NCBI GenBank assembly: GCA_036677365.1
Contig: JAVBWN010000025.1
Location: 14,301 to 78,300 of the forward strand
Direction: 5' to 3'
Length of the DNA: 64,000 nt
Source of the DNA: Acholeplasma sp.
GTDB taxonomy: Bacteria; Bacillota_I; Bacilli_A; Acholeplasmatales; UBA5453
The notes under the pieces are model-generated. The model saw nothing but the letters and a program-made list of their open reading frames with translations. It was not told where the DNA came from and ran no database searches. Below are positions 21,150 through 30,926 of the stretch, piece after piece. Position 1 is the stretch's first letter, and every line of letters starts with the position of its first letter. Both the position numbers and the translations under genes were made by a program.

Positions 21150-22711
21150 TCTATCAAATCTACCCACTCTCCTTTAAAGATACCAACCATGACGGGATTG
21201 GTGATATCCCTGGGATCACCTCAGAACTCGATTACTTAAAGGATTTGGGCGTCGATGTCATCTGGTTATCCCCAGTGTATCAATCACCGATGGACGACAA
21301 TGGGTATGATATTTCGAATTATTATGAAATCAATCCGATGTTTGGTACAAAATCGGACTTAATGATTTTATTACAAACCGCCCATCAAAAAGGATTAAAA
21401 GTCATCATGGATTTGGTTTTGAACCATACCTCCGATGAACATGTGTGGTTCAAAGAAGCGCTCAAAGGCAAAGATAGCCCATATTATGATTACTATATTT
21501 GGTCCAAAATACCTTCAGACATCACTTCGGTATTCAGTGGGTCTGCTTGGCAGTTTGTACCTCATTTAAATGAATATTATTTTCACTTATTTAGTGTCAA
21601 ACAACCCGATTTGAATTGGCAAAATCGAAAACTCAGACATGAAGTTTATCAGATGATCAACTATTGGCTGGATTTGGGTTTTGATGGTTTTAGACTTGAT
21701 GTCATCGATTTGATTGGCAAAGATGTCCATCAAAAAAAACTCGCTGATGGACCTTACCTTGAAGCGTATTTAGATGAACTCTATGAACAATGTTTTAAAG
21801 GGAAAGATGTCTTTACCGTGGGCGAAATGCCTGGCATCTCATTGAAGCGAGCCAACGAAATCACAGCCAATCAAAAAGCCCTCGATATGGTGTTTCAGTT
21901 TGACCACATCGCATTGGATGAAGTACCTGGTCAAGGCAAATGGGTTTTGAAAAAGCTAGACTTACAAGCTTTAAAACAAACCTTAAATCATACCCAACAA
22001 TTGTTTAAAAACCAAGGTTGGGCGAGTTTGTTTTGGTCAAACCATGACCAACCTAGGGCGGTATCCCGCTATGGGAATCCCAAAGAGCCTTACCGTAAGG
22101 ACAGTGCGAAAATGCTTTTTACACTATTATTTGGCATGAAAGGGACACCATACATCTATCAAGGTGAAGAGTTTGGTATGACTGGGATCCAATTACCCAT
22201 CGAAGATTACCGTGACATCGAAACCAAAAATATTTATCAAGAATTAAAGACCAAAGGCTGGCCTGAAGCCGATATTATGAATTCGATTTACACAAAAGGC
22301 AGAGACAACTCCAGAACCCCGATGCAATGGAATGACATGAGATTTTCGGGTTTTTCGAGTGTAAAACCGTGGTTGACAGTCAATCCAAATTATACGTATA
22401 TCAACCGTGACTTAGATCAAAAAGATTCAGAAGGGATTTTAAAATACGTCAAAACATTACTAAAAATAAGAAAGCAGTACGATGTATTTACCACAGGTGA
22501 GTTCCATTTGTTAGAGCCATATCACCCACAATTGTTCATCTATGAACGCTTAACTCAAGAAGAACGCGTGGTTATCATTTGTAATTGGACCGAAGACACC
22601 GTACCAAACCCTGTCGATATATCTAAAATGACGGTGTTATTATCAAATAGTGACAAACATGACAGGCTAAAACCTTATTACGCAAGTATATTTTATGAGA
22701 AGAGGGATTGA
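21125..22711 (+). CDS. GH13 oligo-1,6-glucosidase-type alpha-glucosidase
   Basis: 'YQIYP.SF', 'DNGYD', 'QPDLNW'; catalytic 'GFRLDVID', 'VGEM' and 'SNHD'. Confidence 0.92.
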   Translation: MEKNRKEVVYQIYPLSFKDTNHDGIGDIPGITSELDYLKDLGVDVIWLSPVYQSPMDDNGYDISNYYEINPMFGTKSDLMILLQTAHQKGLKVIMDLVLNHTSDEHVWFKEALKGKDSPYYDYYIWSKIPSDITSVFSGSAWQFVPHLNEYYFHLFSVKQPDLNWQNRKLRHEVYQMINYWLDLGFDGFRLDVIDLIGKDVHQKKLADGPYLEAYLDELYEQCFKGKDVFTVGEMPGISLKRANEITANQKALDMVFQFDHIALDEVPGQGKWVLKKLDLQALKQTLNHTQQLFKNQGWASLFWSNHDQPRAVSRYGNPKEPYRKDSAKMLFTLLFGMKGTPYIYQGEEFGMTGIQLPIEDYRDIETKNIYQELKTKGWPEADIMNSIYTKGRDNSRTPMQWNDMRFSGFSSVKPWLTVNPNYTYINRDLDQKDSEGILKYVKTLLKIRKQYDVFTTGEFHLLEPYHPQLFIYERLTQEERVVIICNWTEDTVPNPVDISKMTVLLSNSDKHDRLKPYYASIFYEKRD

Positions 22712-22712
22712 G

Positions 22713-24839
22713 ATGAAATCCATAGAACAATTGATGCAAAATCTTACCATTGAAGAAAAAATCGGACAGTTGATGCAACTGGCACCCTTTTTCTTCATCG
22801 GTGATTTGAAAAAAGAAGTATATGGCCCCATCCAAGCGTTGGGTTTAAAAGAGTCGGAAGTCTTTTTATCGGGGTCTGTCTTAGGCATCGGTAGTGCTTC
22901 AGAAATGAAAAGCGTCCAGCAAGCTTATTTAGATAAAAGTAGACACAAAATCCCCCTCATATTCATGGCAGATATTATCCATGGCTATAAAACCATATTT
23001 CCAGTTCCCCTCGCGATGGCAGCGTCATTCAACCCTGAATTAGTTAAAAAAGCGGCACGCATTTCAGCTTTAGAAGCACAAACCGCAGGCATCCACGTGA
23101 CATTCTCACCGATGGCGGATTTGTCTCGTGATCCCCGTTGGGGCAGGGTGGTTGAAGGGTTTGGTGAAGACCCTTATTTAAACCAAGTGTATGCGAAAGC
23201 GATGGTTGAAGGTTATCAACACGATGGTATTGACAAAGTCGGTAATCTTGCGAGTTGTGTCAAGCACTTCGCTGCCTATGGTGCGAGTGAAGCGGGACGC
23301 GACTATAATACGGTCGATATGTCAAGGTTGAATTTACACCAATACTATATGTCTGGTTATAAATCAGCTGTAGAAGCTGGGGCACGTTTGGTGATGACCT
23401 CATTTAACATTTTAGAAGGCGTTCCAGCCACACAAAATAAGTATTTACTCAGAGATGTCTTAAAAGACCAATGGGGTTTTGATGGGGTGGTCATTTCAGA
23501 CTACGATTCCTTGAGACAAACCATTGAACACGGCACCTCAGAAAACGACCGTGAAGCCGCTAAAAAAGCGATTTTGGGTGGGCTAGACATTGAAATGGCA
23601 ACCTCATCTTATGTATTAAATCTCAAATCGTTAATTGAATCCAATGAAGTACCGATGGCTTTACTGGATGACTCGGTTTATCGTGTACTCAAACTCAAAC
23701 AAGATTTGGGTTTATTCGAAGACCCATTCAAAGGGGCCGATGAACTCAAAGAACAATCGTTAGTTTTATCTAAAGCGCATAAACAAATGGCTCTAGAAGT
23801 GGCGAGAGAGTCGATGGTTTTACTTAAAAATGAGGGTATTTTACCATTAAAGAAGACTCAAAAAGTGGCTTTAATGGGTGAATACGCGACTTTAACCGAT
23901 ACGATTGGTCCATGGCACTGGCACGGTCGACATGAAGACTGTATACCGCTTTATGAAGCGATATCCGAGTATACTAAACCAGTGCTCGTTTCCAATCAAA
24001 ACACGCTTTCGAACTTAAGCGTAATGGAACACAATACTTTAATGACATCGGATGTTGTTATTGTGGCGGTTGGTGAACACAAGATTGAATCGGGTGAAGC
24101 CCATTCTAAAGTCAACATCACACTAAAACCACAAGATGAATCTTTGATCGAAGCCTTATACCAATTAGGCAAAAAAGTCGTTTTGGTATTATTCCACGGT
24201 AGACCACTCGTACTATCACAGGTAGAGCCGAAAGTGAGTGCGATTTTAGATACATTCTTCTTAGGAACGATGTCTCAACAAGCCATCGCCGAAACGTTGT
24301 TTGGTTTGAATAACCCATCGGGTAAACTCACGATGAGTTACCCAAGACATGTGGGTCAAATCCCAATTTATTACAATCATTTGAATACAGGGAGACCCTT
24401 TAAAAACGATGGGAACCCATTCACATCGTTTTATTTAGATGAACAAAATACCCCACTGTATCCCTTTGGATTTGGCTTATCCTATAGCACATTCAAACTC
24501 ACTAACTTATCTGTTTCAAGCCTAACCATATCAAAAGCGGATACCATCACGGTTTCAATCGATGTTGAAAATACATCCTCGGTGGATGGGTATGAAACGG
24601 TTCAACTTTACATTAGAGATTACAGTGCAGAGGTGTCCAGACCAGTTCAAGAGTTGAAGCAATTCAAAAAAGTCTGGTTGAAATCGAACCAAAAAGCCGT
24701 TGTTTCATTCCAACTCACCGTCAAAGACTTGGGTTATGTACATTCAGATTTGAGTGTCCAAGCTGACCCTGGTAAGTTCAGCATTCAAGTTGGAAACGCA
24801 TCGAATCAGGTCTTAAAGACCGACATCACTTTGATTTAG
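22713..24839 (+). CDS. GH3 beta-glucosidase (BglX-like)
   Basis: 'EEKIGQL', 'RDPRWGR', 'CVKHFAAYG' and nucleophile 'VISDY'; C-terminal FnIII-like domain. Confidence 0.95.
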   Translation: MKSIEQLMQNLTIEEKIGQLMQLAPFFFIGDLKKEVYGPIQALGLKESEVFLSGSVLGIGSASEMKSVQQAYLDKSRHKIPLIFMADIIHGYKTIFPVPLAMAASFNPELVKKAARISALEAQTAGIHVTFSPMADLSRDPRWGRVVEGFGEDPYLNQVYAKAMVEGYQHDGIDKVGNLASCVKHFAAYGASEAGRDYNTVDMSRLNLHQYYMSGYKSAVEAGARLVMTSFNILEGVPATQNKYLLRDVLKDQWGFDGVVISDYDSLRQTIEHGTSENDREAAKKAILGGLDIEMATSSYVLNLKSLIESNEVPMALLDDSVYRVLKLKQDLGLFEDPFKGADELKEQSLVLSKAHKQMALEVARESMVLLKNEGILPLKKTQKVALMGEYATLTDTIGPWHWHGRHEDCIPLYEAISEYTKPVLVSNQNTLSNLSVMEHNTLMTSDVVIVAVGEHKIESGEAHSKVNITLKPQDESLIEALYQLGKKVVLVLFHGRPLVLSQVEPKVSAILDTFFLGTMSQQAIAETLFGLNNPSGKLTMSYPRHVGQIPIYYNHLNTGRPFKNDGNPFTSFYLDEQNTPLYPFGFGLSYSTFKLTNLSVSSLTISKADTITVSIDVENTSSVDGYETVQLYIRDYSAEVSRPVQELKQFKKVWLKSNQKAVVSFQLTVKDLGYVHSDLSVQADPGKFSIQVGNASNQVLKTDITLI

Positions 24840-24852
24840 GAGGCCATCACTT

Positions 24853-27800
24853 ATGCAACTAAAAATGGATATTAAAAAGCATTTACTCTCCAGCAATGAT
24901 TTGGTTTTTGAACTGCTCGAAAGTGGCGATTTATTTAGAATCCGCTACCACCACAATCAAATCAACCTTTTACGTGGTAATTTGATTGAAGGTAGCGTCT
25001 CAAACCTATATTTAAGACGTTTCCATGCAGGGAAATACAGCTATAAAAAACTCTTAGGGGTGCAATCCAACGCTGCTTTTGAAATCGTTGGTAATCAGGC
25101 GGTATATCAAGGCCAAGCCTTTGGTATCGATTATCAAGTGGTGTTATCACTACACGGTCACGCTTGGGTTTATGACGTTTTGTTGGGTAAAAAGACCTTA
25201 GAGGGTGTCTATGACCTATTTTATGGTCAAGATGTGGGTATCGCATCGACAGGTTCGATTCTCGCCTCTGAAGCCTATACCGCACAATACATTGACCATC
25301 AATCGTTTAAAGATCAATTCGGGTACACCATTTGTTCTAGACAAAACCAAGGCGATACCCAGGTACTTCAAATCGGTTCACTCACCAAAAACATCGGTTT
25401 CGTGACCGATGGCACACAATTCTTTGGGTTATCTTATAAAAAAACCAATGAACCCAAAGCGTTATTTGAACCTAAATTGGCGAATGAAAATTACCAATAT
25501 GAGTTTCCATACATTACCTTACAATCCGAACCATTGAAACTCAATCAACCGACCTCGGTTGTCTTTTATGGGTACTATAAACCGCTCCATGAGGGGATTG
25601 TTTCACAAAAGTTTAATGTCTTGGATGACTATAATTTCATCAAATCATTTTACCGTTTGACCCAACCGAAAAAAGTTAAACCCTTCATCGGTATGGAAGA
25701 TGTCATTGTGGGACAATCGATCGATGAAGCCACACTCAAACAGTGGTATCCAGTTCAAAATCATTTGGAAAAACAAGGTGACGTATTATCGTTTTTTACG
25801 GATCACCACACCCATGTGGTCTTACCATCAAAAGAATTGTTGGTTGAACGACCTCATGGACACATGATCATCCATGGGGATGTATTACACGTTTCTGAAA
25901 AAATCATGGCTCAAACCAACTTCATGTATGGGGTGTTCGCTTCACATGTGGTTTTAGGCAACACAAACTTCCATAAGTTGCTTGGGGTAGTCAGAAACTT
26001 CTTGAATTTAGATAAACTATCTGGGATGAGAATTTATCTTAAAAAAGAGGGCCGTTATCAAATCCTCACCATGCCATCGGTTTATGAAATATCTGTGAAT
26101 GTTTGTAGATGGGTGTATGTCTTAGAGGATGACACCATCGAAGTGATGGTATCGGCGGATAAAGATGAGCTTACACAAAAAATCACATTTAATTCTAAGC
26201 AACAAAAACCTTATGATATTTTGGTGACTCAAGCCTTGGTGATGCACCCACAAGAATATGAAGTGCCTGTACCACTCAAGATTGAAAACAATACATTGGT
26301 GATTGACACCAGTTTGAATGGGTTTATCCATGACCATTACCCAACCCTTCAATACCGTTATCGTGTAGAAGGTTTGACACTATCAGAGGCACGCTTGACA
26401 CAATTTGAAAACTTATCGAATTTCGGTGTCATCACGTTTGATTATGAACAACAAAGCCATTTTGAATTTTTCATCGATGGTACATTTGATACCTTTAAAG
26501 CGGTGGATATTGACCCAGTAGTATCACAACAAAAATTCAATGCGTTCATTGAAAGCTTAACGGGCATAAAGCTTAAACATCCAAAGTTCCAATCCAAACT
26601 CAATGTTTTAAACGAATCGGCCTTTTGGTTTACCCATAACGGCTTGGTTCATTACAGTTCACCCCACGGCTTAGAACAATCGAATGGGGCTGCTTGGGGT
26701 ACCAGAGACATTTGTCAAGGGCCAGCCGAACTCTTTATGGCCGCTTCACGCTATGACATCGTCAGAGAGATTCTCTTAAAAGTCTTTAGACGTCAATTCG
26801 TGGAAGGTGGGGATTTTCCACAATGGTTCATGTTTGATAACTATTACCGCATCCAAGCCCATGAATCCCATGGCGATATCATCATTTGGCCACTAAGAAC
26901 TTTAGGGATTTACTTGAAAGCAACCCGTGATTTATCGATTCTCAATGAACAGGTGCCTTACATGTCTAAAAAAGACAATGCTTTTGTTTGGCCTGAAAAG
27001 ACATTGTTAGATCATATTGTAAGCACACTCGACTGTATAGAAGCCTCATACATCCCCAATACCCACTTGCCACGCTATGGTGGGGGAGACTGGGACGATA
27101 CTTTACAACCAGCAAACCATGATTTAACCTCTAAAATGGTGTCTGGTTGGACGATAGCGTTATTGTATGACGCCTTAAATACCCTTGCCATTGAATTATC
27201 CGATTTACCAGTATCCAAACGACTAAACCAGATGAAAGAAGATATGCAAAAGGATTATGAAACGTATATGGTCAAAGCTGGTGTGCCTGCTGGTTTTATT
27301 GTATTCAATGACAATGGATCCATCGATTATCTACTGCACCCAAGTGACCAACAAACGGGCTTAAAATACCGTTTACTCGCACTTAAACGTCCAATCATAT
27401 CTGAAATGATCGACAAATCACAAGCAACGTCATACAAAGATTTGATTGTTAAAGAGTTGAAGCACCCGGATGGGGTCCGTTTGATGGATACTGCAGTCAC
27501 CTACCGTGGTGGACTAAAAACCTATTTCAGTCGTGCTGAAACCGCAGCGAACTTTGGCCGTGAAATTGGCATTCAATATTGTCATGCCCACATCCGTTTC
27601 ATCGAAGCGATGGCGAAGTTAGGTGAACCAAACCTCGCATTTGAAGCCTTATATACCATCAATCCGATCGATATTCAAAAATCGGTACCTAACGCAAACT
27701 ATCGTCAATCGAACGTTTACTTTTCAAGCAGTGACGCTGCTTTCAAAGACCGTTATGAAGCGAAAAGAGATTTTGAAAAAGTCCGCAAGGGCTTAATTCC

Positions 27801-28137
27801 AGTGAAAGCTGGTTGGCGTATGTATTCATCCGGACCAGGCATTTATTTGAATCAAATGGTTTCAAACGTGTTGGGATTTAAACAATACCATCAAGGTTTA
27901 TGGATTGACCCTGCCCTACCAAGTGAACTTGATGGGTTACAACTCCATTACCATATGGGACCTTACCCGCTTGAAGTGAGCTATCAGTTTGGCGATGCTG
28001 AACAAGTGAAAATCAATCACCAAACCGTCCATTCGACACCGATGCATAACCGTTATCGACACGCCGGTGTGTGGATTGAAGCAGGCTTACTCAAAGCCAA
28101 TCAAGTTAACCACATCGAAGTGACCCTTAAAAAATAA
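24853..28137 (+). CDS. GH94 1,2-beta-oligoglucan phosphorylase-like
   Basis: About 1100 aa; 'PHGLEQ..GAAWGTRDICQGP', 'GDWDDTLQP', 'RAETAANFGREIGIQYCHAHIR', 'YFSSSD' and 'GWRMYSSGPG', as in Listeria Lin1839-type enzymes. Confidence 0.88.
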   Translation: MQLKMDIKKHLLSSNDLVFELLESGDLFRIRYHHNQINLLRGNLIEGSVSNLYLRRFHAGKYSYKKLLGVQSNAAFEIVGNQAVYQGQAFGIDYQVVLSLHGHAWVYDVLLGKKTLEGVYDLFYGQDVGIASTGSILASEAYTAQYIDHQSFKDQFGYTICSRQNQGDTQVLQIGSLTKNIGFVTDGTQFFGLSYKKTNEPKALFEPKLANENYQYEFPYITLQSEPLKLNQPTSVVFYGYYKPLHEGIVSQKFNVLDDYNFIKSFYRLTQPKKVKPFIGMEDVIVGQSIDEATLKQWYPVQNHLEKQGDVLSFFTDHHTHVVLPSKELLVERPHGHMIIHGDVLHVSEKIMAQTNFMYGVFASHVVLGNTNFHKLLGVVRNFLNLDKLSGMRIYLKKEGRYQILTMPSVYEISVNVCRWVYVLEDDTIEVMVSADKDELTQKITFNSKQQKPYDILVTQALVMHPQEYEVPVPLKIENNTLVIDTSLNGFIHDHYPTLQYRYRVEGLTLSEARLTQFENLSNFGVITFDYEQQSHFEFFIDGTFDTFKAVDIDPVVSQQKFNAFIESLTGIKLKHPKFQSKLNVLNESAFWFTHNGLVHYSSPHGLEQSNGAAWGTRDICQGPAELFMAASRYDIVREILLKVFRRQFVEGGDFPQWFMFDNYYRIQAHESHGDIIIWPLRTLGIYLKATRDLSILNEQVPYMSKKDNAFVWPEKTLLDHIVSTLDCIEASYIPNTHLPRYGGGDWDDTLQPANHDLTSKMVSGWTIALLYDALNTLAIELSDLPVSKRLNQMKEDMQKDYETYMVKAGVPAGFIVFNDNGSIDYLLHPSDQQTGLKYRLLALKRPIISEMIDKSQATSYKDLIVKELKHPDGVRLMDTAVTYRGGLKTYFSRAETAANFGREIGIQYCHAHIRFIEAMAKLGEPNLAFEALYTINPIDIQKSVPNANYRQSNVYFSSSDAAFKDRYEAKRDFEKVRKGLIPVKAGWRMYSSGPGIYLNQMVSNVLGFKQYHQGLWIDPALPSELDGLQLHYHMGPYPLEVSYQFGDAEQVKINHQTVHSTPMHNRYRHAGVWIEAGLLKANQVNHIEVTLKK

Positions 28138-28144
28138 TCGAAAC

Positions 28145-28177
28145 ATAAGCATGTGCACCTAAACACATGCTTATTTT
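28145..28177 (+). terminator. terminator of the sugar operon
   Basis: ATAAGCATGTG-8 nt-CACATGCTTAT followed by TTT. Confidence 0.75.
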
Positions 28178-28209
28178 GTTATAATAATAAGTAGATGGGA
28201 CGTGTTACT

Positions 28210-29139
28210 ATGTTTATCGTCACTGGTGCGAGCGGACACATCGGTAATCAGGTGTGTCGTACGTTACTTCAACAAGGTTATGAAGTCAAGGTGCTTGCGA
28301 GAAATCCACTCAATCATTTTAGAAAACAAGCGGTGGTAGTTACGCTCGGGAATTTAACAGACCCAGCGTTTTTGAGACGTGAAATCCACATTGGTGACAT
28401 TGTCATTCACGCCGTTGGATACATCGACTTATCTAACAGTGATTATGAGACATCGGTAGAATCCAATTTGACCACTGCCCAAGTCATCGCCGATGTTTGT
28501 AAAGAACGCGGTGCGAGACTCATCTATATCTCAACCGCCGATATCATCGATAAAGAAGAAGTTGGTTTAATAGAAGAACCGGTCACCTTTAAATCAATCG
28601 ATGCGAGCGATCACTATGCATATACTAAAAAAGAAGCGACACTCTATGTGCGTAAACAAATTAAAAGTGGTTTATCTGGAGCGATTGTTTACCCAACTGC
28701 GGTCATTGGTGCGAATGATTTCAAAATGGGCCCTATCACCAAAGAAATCAAACATGTTTTGAATAGTCGTTTTTTATGCTCACTGTCGGGTGGCTATAAT
28801 TTCATCGATGTTGAGGATGTATCCAAAGCCATCATCCAAAGCGGGTTTTTACCTTACAACGATGAATTTATTCTATCTGGCTTCAATTTATCGATAACCG
28901 ATTTGTATAAACGCATTCGTAAATTCAAGAAACAAAAGAAATTTATCCTACACATCCCTTTATGGGTGGTACGCTTCTATATCCGTTTTTCAAAACGATA
29001 TTCAGCTAAAATGATCGATGTTTTGACCGAAAACCACAAATATAGTAATCAAAAAATGAAAAAAGCGTTGTTATCCGAGTTAAAACCCTTCGACTTAACA
29101 CTCGCTGATACCATCAGGTTCATTGAAACAAATCGCTAA
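28210..29139 (+). CDS. NAD-dependent epimerase/dehydratase (extended SDR)
   Basis: 'VTGASGHIG' and YxxxK 'YAYTK'. Confidence 0.9.
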   Translation: MFIVTGASGHIGNQVCRTLLQQGYEVKVLARNPLNHFRKQAVVVTLGNLTDPAFLRREIHIGDIVIHAVGYIDLSNSDYETSVESNLTTAQVIADVCKERGARLIYISTADIIDKEEVGLIEEPVTFKSIDASDHYAYTKKEATLYVRKQIKSGLSGAIVYPTAVIGANDFKMGPITKEIKHVLNSRFLCSLSGGYNFIDVEDVSKAIIQSGFLPYNDEFILSGFNLSITDLYKRIRKFKKQKKFILHIPLWVVRFYIRFSKRYSAKMIDVLTENHKYSNQKMKKALLSELKPFDLTLADTIRFIETNR

Positions 29140-29141
29140 AG

Positions 29142-29164
29142 ATGCCTTTTATCAGGCATTTTTT
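29142..29164 (+). terminator. intrinsic terminator
   Basis: ATGCCT-6 nt-AGGCAT followed by a T run. Confidence 0.6.
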
Positions 29165-29202
29165 CACTTTTACATGGTATAATCTAAAGGTAGGTGATAT
29201 TT

Positions 29203-30564
29203 ATGGAAAACAAACTCCCCATCGGTCAAAAATTGACCATAGAAGTACAAAGATTAGGCATCAACGGCGAAGGCATCGGGTATCACAACCGCAAAGCTAT
29301 TTTCGTTGATTTTGCGTTACCAAAAGAAGAAGTTGAGGTTGAAATCACTGCCGATTTTGACACTTACTATAAAGCCAATTTAGTTCAAATTGTGAAGAAA
29401 AGCCCATCCAGGGTTGAACCATTTTGCCCAGTGTATCATGAATGTGGCGGTTGTCAGTTACAGCACCTCGCTTATGATGAAACACTCAAACTCAAACGTG
29501 AGTTGATCATTCAAGCGATCCGTCGTTATGTCAAAACCCCAGTATCCTTAGATTTAATTAAAGAAACGATTGGTTCAACTCCGAACACGCATTATCGCAA
29601 TAAAGCCAGCTTACCTTTACAATACAAGTATGGTAAGAATGTGATTGGGATGTATAAACCCAACTCCAATCATTTGGTAGAAATCAAAGATTGTCCAGTT
29701 CAAGAACAGGATATCAATAAGTTTTATACCTTGATTTTAAACCAAATGGAAAAGCGTAAAATGTTGGCTTACAACAATACCTCTAAAACCGGTACGGTTC
29801 GCTTCATCATCATCCGAAGAGCAGACGCCACATCGGAGATGCAAGTCACGTTTATCTTATACAAAGAAGACCCACAAGTGGTTGAACTTGGTAAGTATTT
29901 GGTCGAAAAATTTAAAGAAATCGTATCGGTATATTCCGTCATCAATGATGACTTGAAATCCAGAGAATTTTTCACCAAAAATACCCACTTAGTGGCGGGT
30001 AAAGAAGCCATCAATGAAGTACTCAATGGGGTTACATTCTCATTAAAACCAGATGCGTTCTTCCAACTCAATACGAAACAAGCCGATCTATTATACAAAA
30101 AAGTCATTGAGTTGGGTAATTTTAAAAAGACAGACATCGTGATTGACGCTTTTAGTGGTATCGCCCCAATTGCACAATATGTGGCACCTTATGTCAAAAA
30201 TGTGTACGCGATTGAATCCGTACAAGCATCGATTCAAAGTGCGAAAGATACCATCATTCAAAACGTCAACAAAAACATTGACTTGTTAAAAGGTGATGTC
30301 ATCGAAGTCTTAAATCGTCATAAGAACATCCCAGTCGATGTCATCGTGTTTGACCCACCAAGAACGGGGTTAGGTGAAAAAGTTACAGAGTTCTTATTGA
30401 AGAAGAAACCTAAGAAGATCATTTATATTTCGTGTAACCCATCGACGCTTGCGAAAGACTTAGATGTTTTGACACAAAATTATGAAATCAAGAGTATTGA
30501 ACCACTCGATATGTTTCCATTCACTGCACATGTAGAGTCTATCACGTTGCTTTCATTAAAATAA
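29203..30564 (+). CDS. rlmD: 23S rRNA (uracil-1939-C5)-methyltransferase
   Basis: TRAM domain, 'CPVYHECGGCQLQH', 'AFFQLN', 'DPPRTG', 'YISCNPSTLAKD' and 'DMFPFTAHVE'. Confidence 0.95.
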   Translation: MENKLPIGQKLTIEVQRLGINGEGIGYHNRKAIFVDFALPKEEVEVEITADFDTYYKANLVQIVKKSPSRVEPFCPVYHECGGCQLQHLAYDETLKLKRELIIQAIRRYVKTPVSLDLIKETIGSTPNTHYRNKASLPLQYKYGKNVIGMYKPNSNHLVEIKDCPVQEQDINKFYTLILNQMEKRKMLAYNNTSKTGTVRFIIIRRADATSEMQVTFILYKEDPQVVELGKYLVEKFKEIVSVYSVINDDLKSREFFTKNTHLVAGKEAINEVLNGVTFSLKPDAFFQLNTKQADLLYKKVIELGNFKKTDIVIDAFSGIAPIAQYVAPYVKNVYAIESVQASIQSAKDTIIQNVNKNIDLLKGDVIEVLNRHKNIPVDVIVFDPPRTGLGEKVTEFLLKKKPKKIIYISCNPSTLAKDLDVLTQNYEIKSIEPLDMFPFTAHVESITLLSLK

Positions 30565-30596
30565 CACTTGTTATATACTTGACACATACTTGACAA
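30564..30596 (-). repeat. three 11-bp phased repeats next to the presumed attL
   Basis: ACACTTGTTAT ATACTTGACAC ATACTTGACAA, with ACTTG at 30566, 30577 and 30588. Confidence 0.7.
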
Positions 30597-30628
30597 CACT
30601 CTATTTTTAACTCAAATTTATAAAAATC

Positions 30629-30773
30629 AGCCATCAGATGACCTTCATAGGTATCCGATGGCTTTTTTTGTCTATATGTGCAAATTTCGTCCATTGTGGG
30701 AACATATTTTTTGTTAAAAAATGGCCTTTTTTGTCTGAATGGTTGTCTTACGCAACATATTTTTCTTGAAAAA
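30629..30773. repeat. left copy of the direct repeat flanking the cargo block (includes a terminator hairpin)
   Basis: AGCCATCAGATGACCTTCATAGGT..CGATGGCTTTTTTT and CGCAACATATTTTTCTTGAAAAA, both repeated at 38094-38181. Confidence 0.85.
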
Positions 30774-30836
30774 GTACTTAAAAATTCAAGTATACAATAA
30801 AAAAAACGGCAAAAAATGTAACAATTGTATAAAGTG

Positions 30837-30865
30837 TTGCAAATGTAACATGTCAGTGCTATAAT
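30837..30865 (+). promoter_or_regulatory. promoter of the cargo ABC operon
   Basis: TTGCAA-17-TATAAT with extended TG. Flanking AAATGTAACA repeats and the inverted repeat TGTAACA/TGTTGCA are candidate TetR operators. Confidence 0.7.
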
Positions 30866-30926
30866 TGAAATTAATGATATGACGACATCCAGTTGTGTTC
30901 AGATAATAATATGACGATAGGAGAAT

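Noticed and set aside
18471..28137. Generic labels 'glucoamylase' and 'cellobiose phosphorylase'
   Set aside because: Motifs, size and gene context fit GH144 beta-1,2-glucanases and 1,2-beta-oligoglucan phosphorylase better.
30629..30669. Duplicated hairpin as a riboswitch or ribozyme
   Set aside because: No recognisable aptamer or catalytic core. It lies after stop codons with a T tract, consistent with a terminator.
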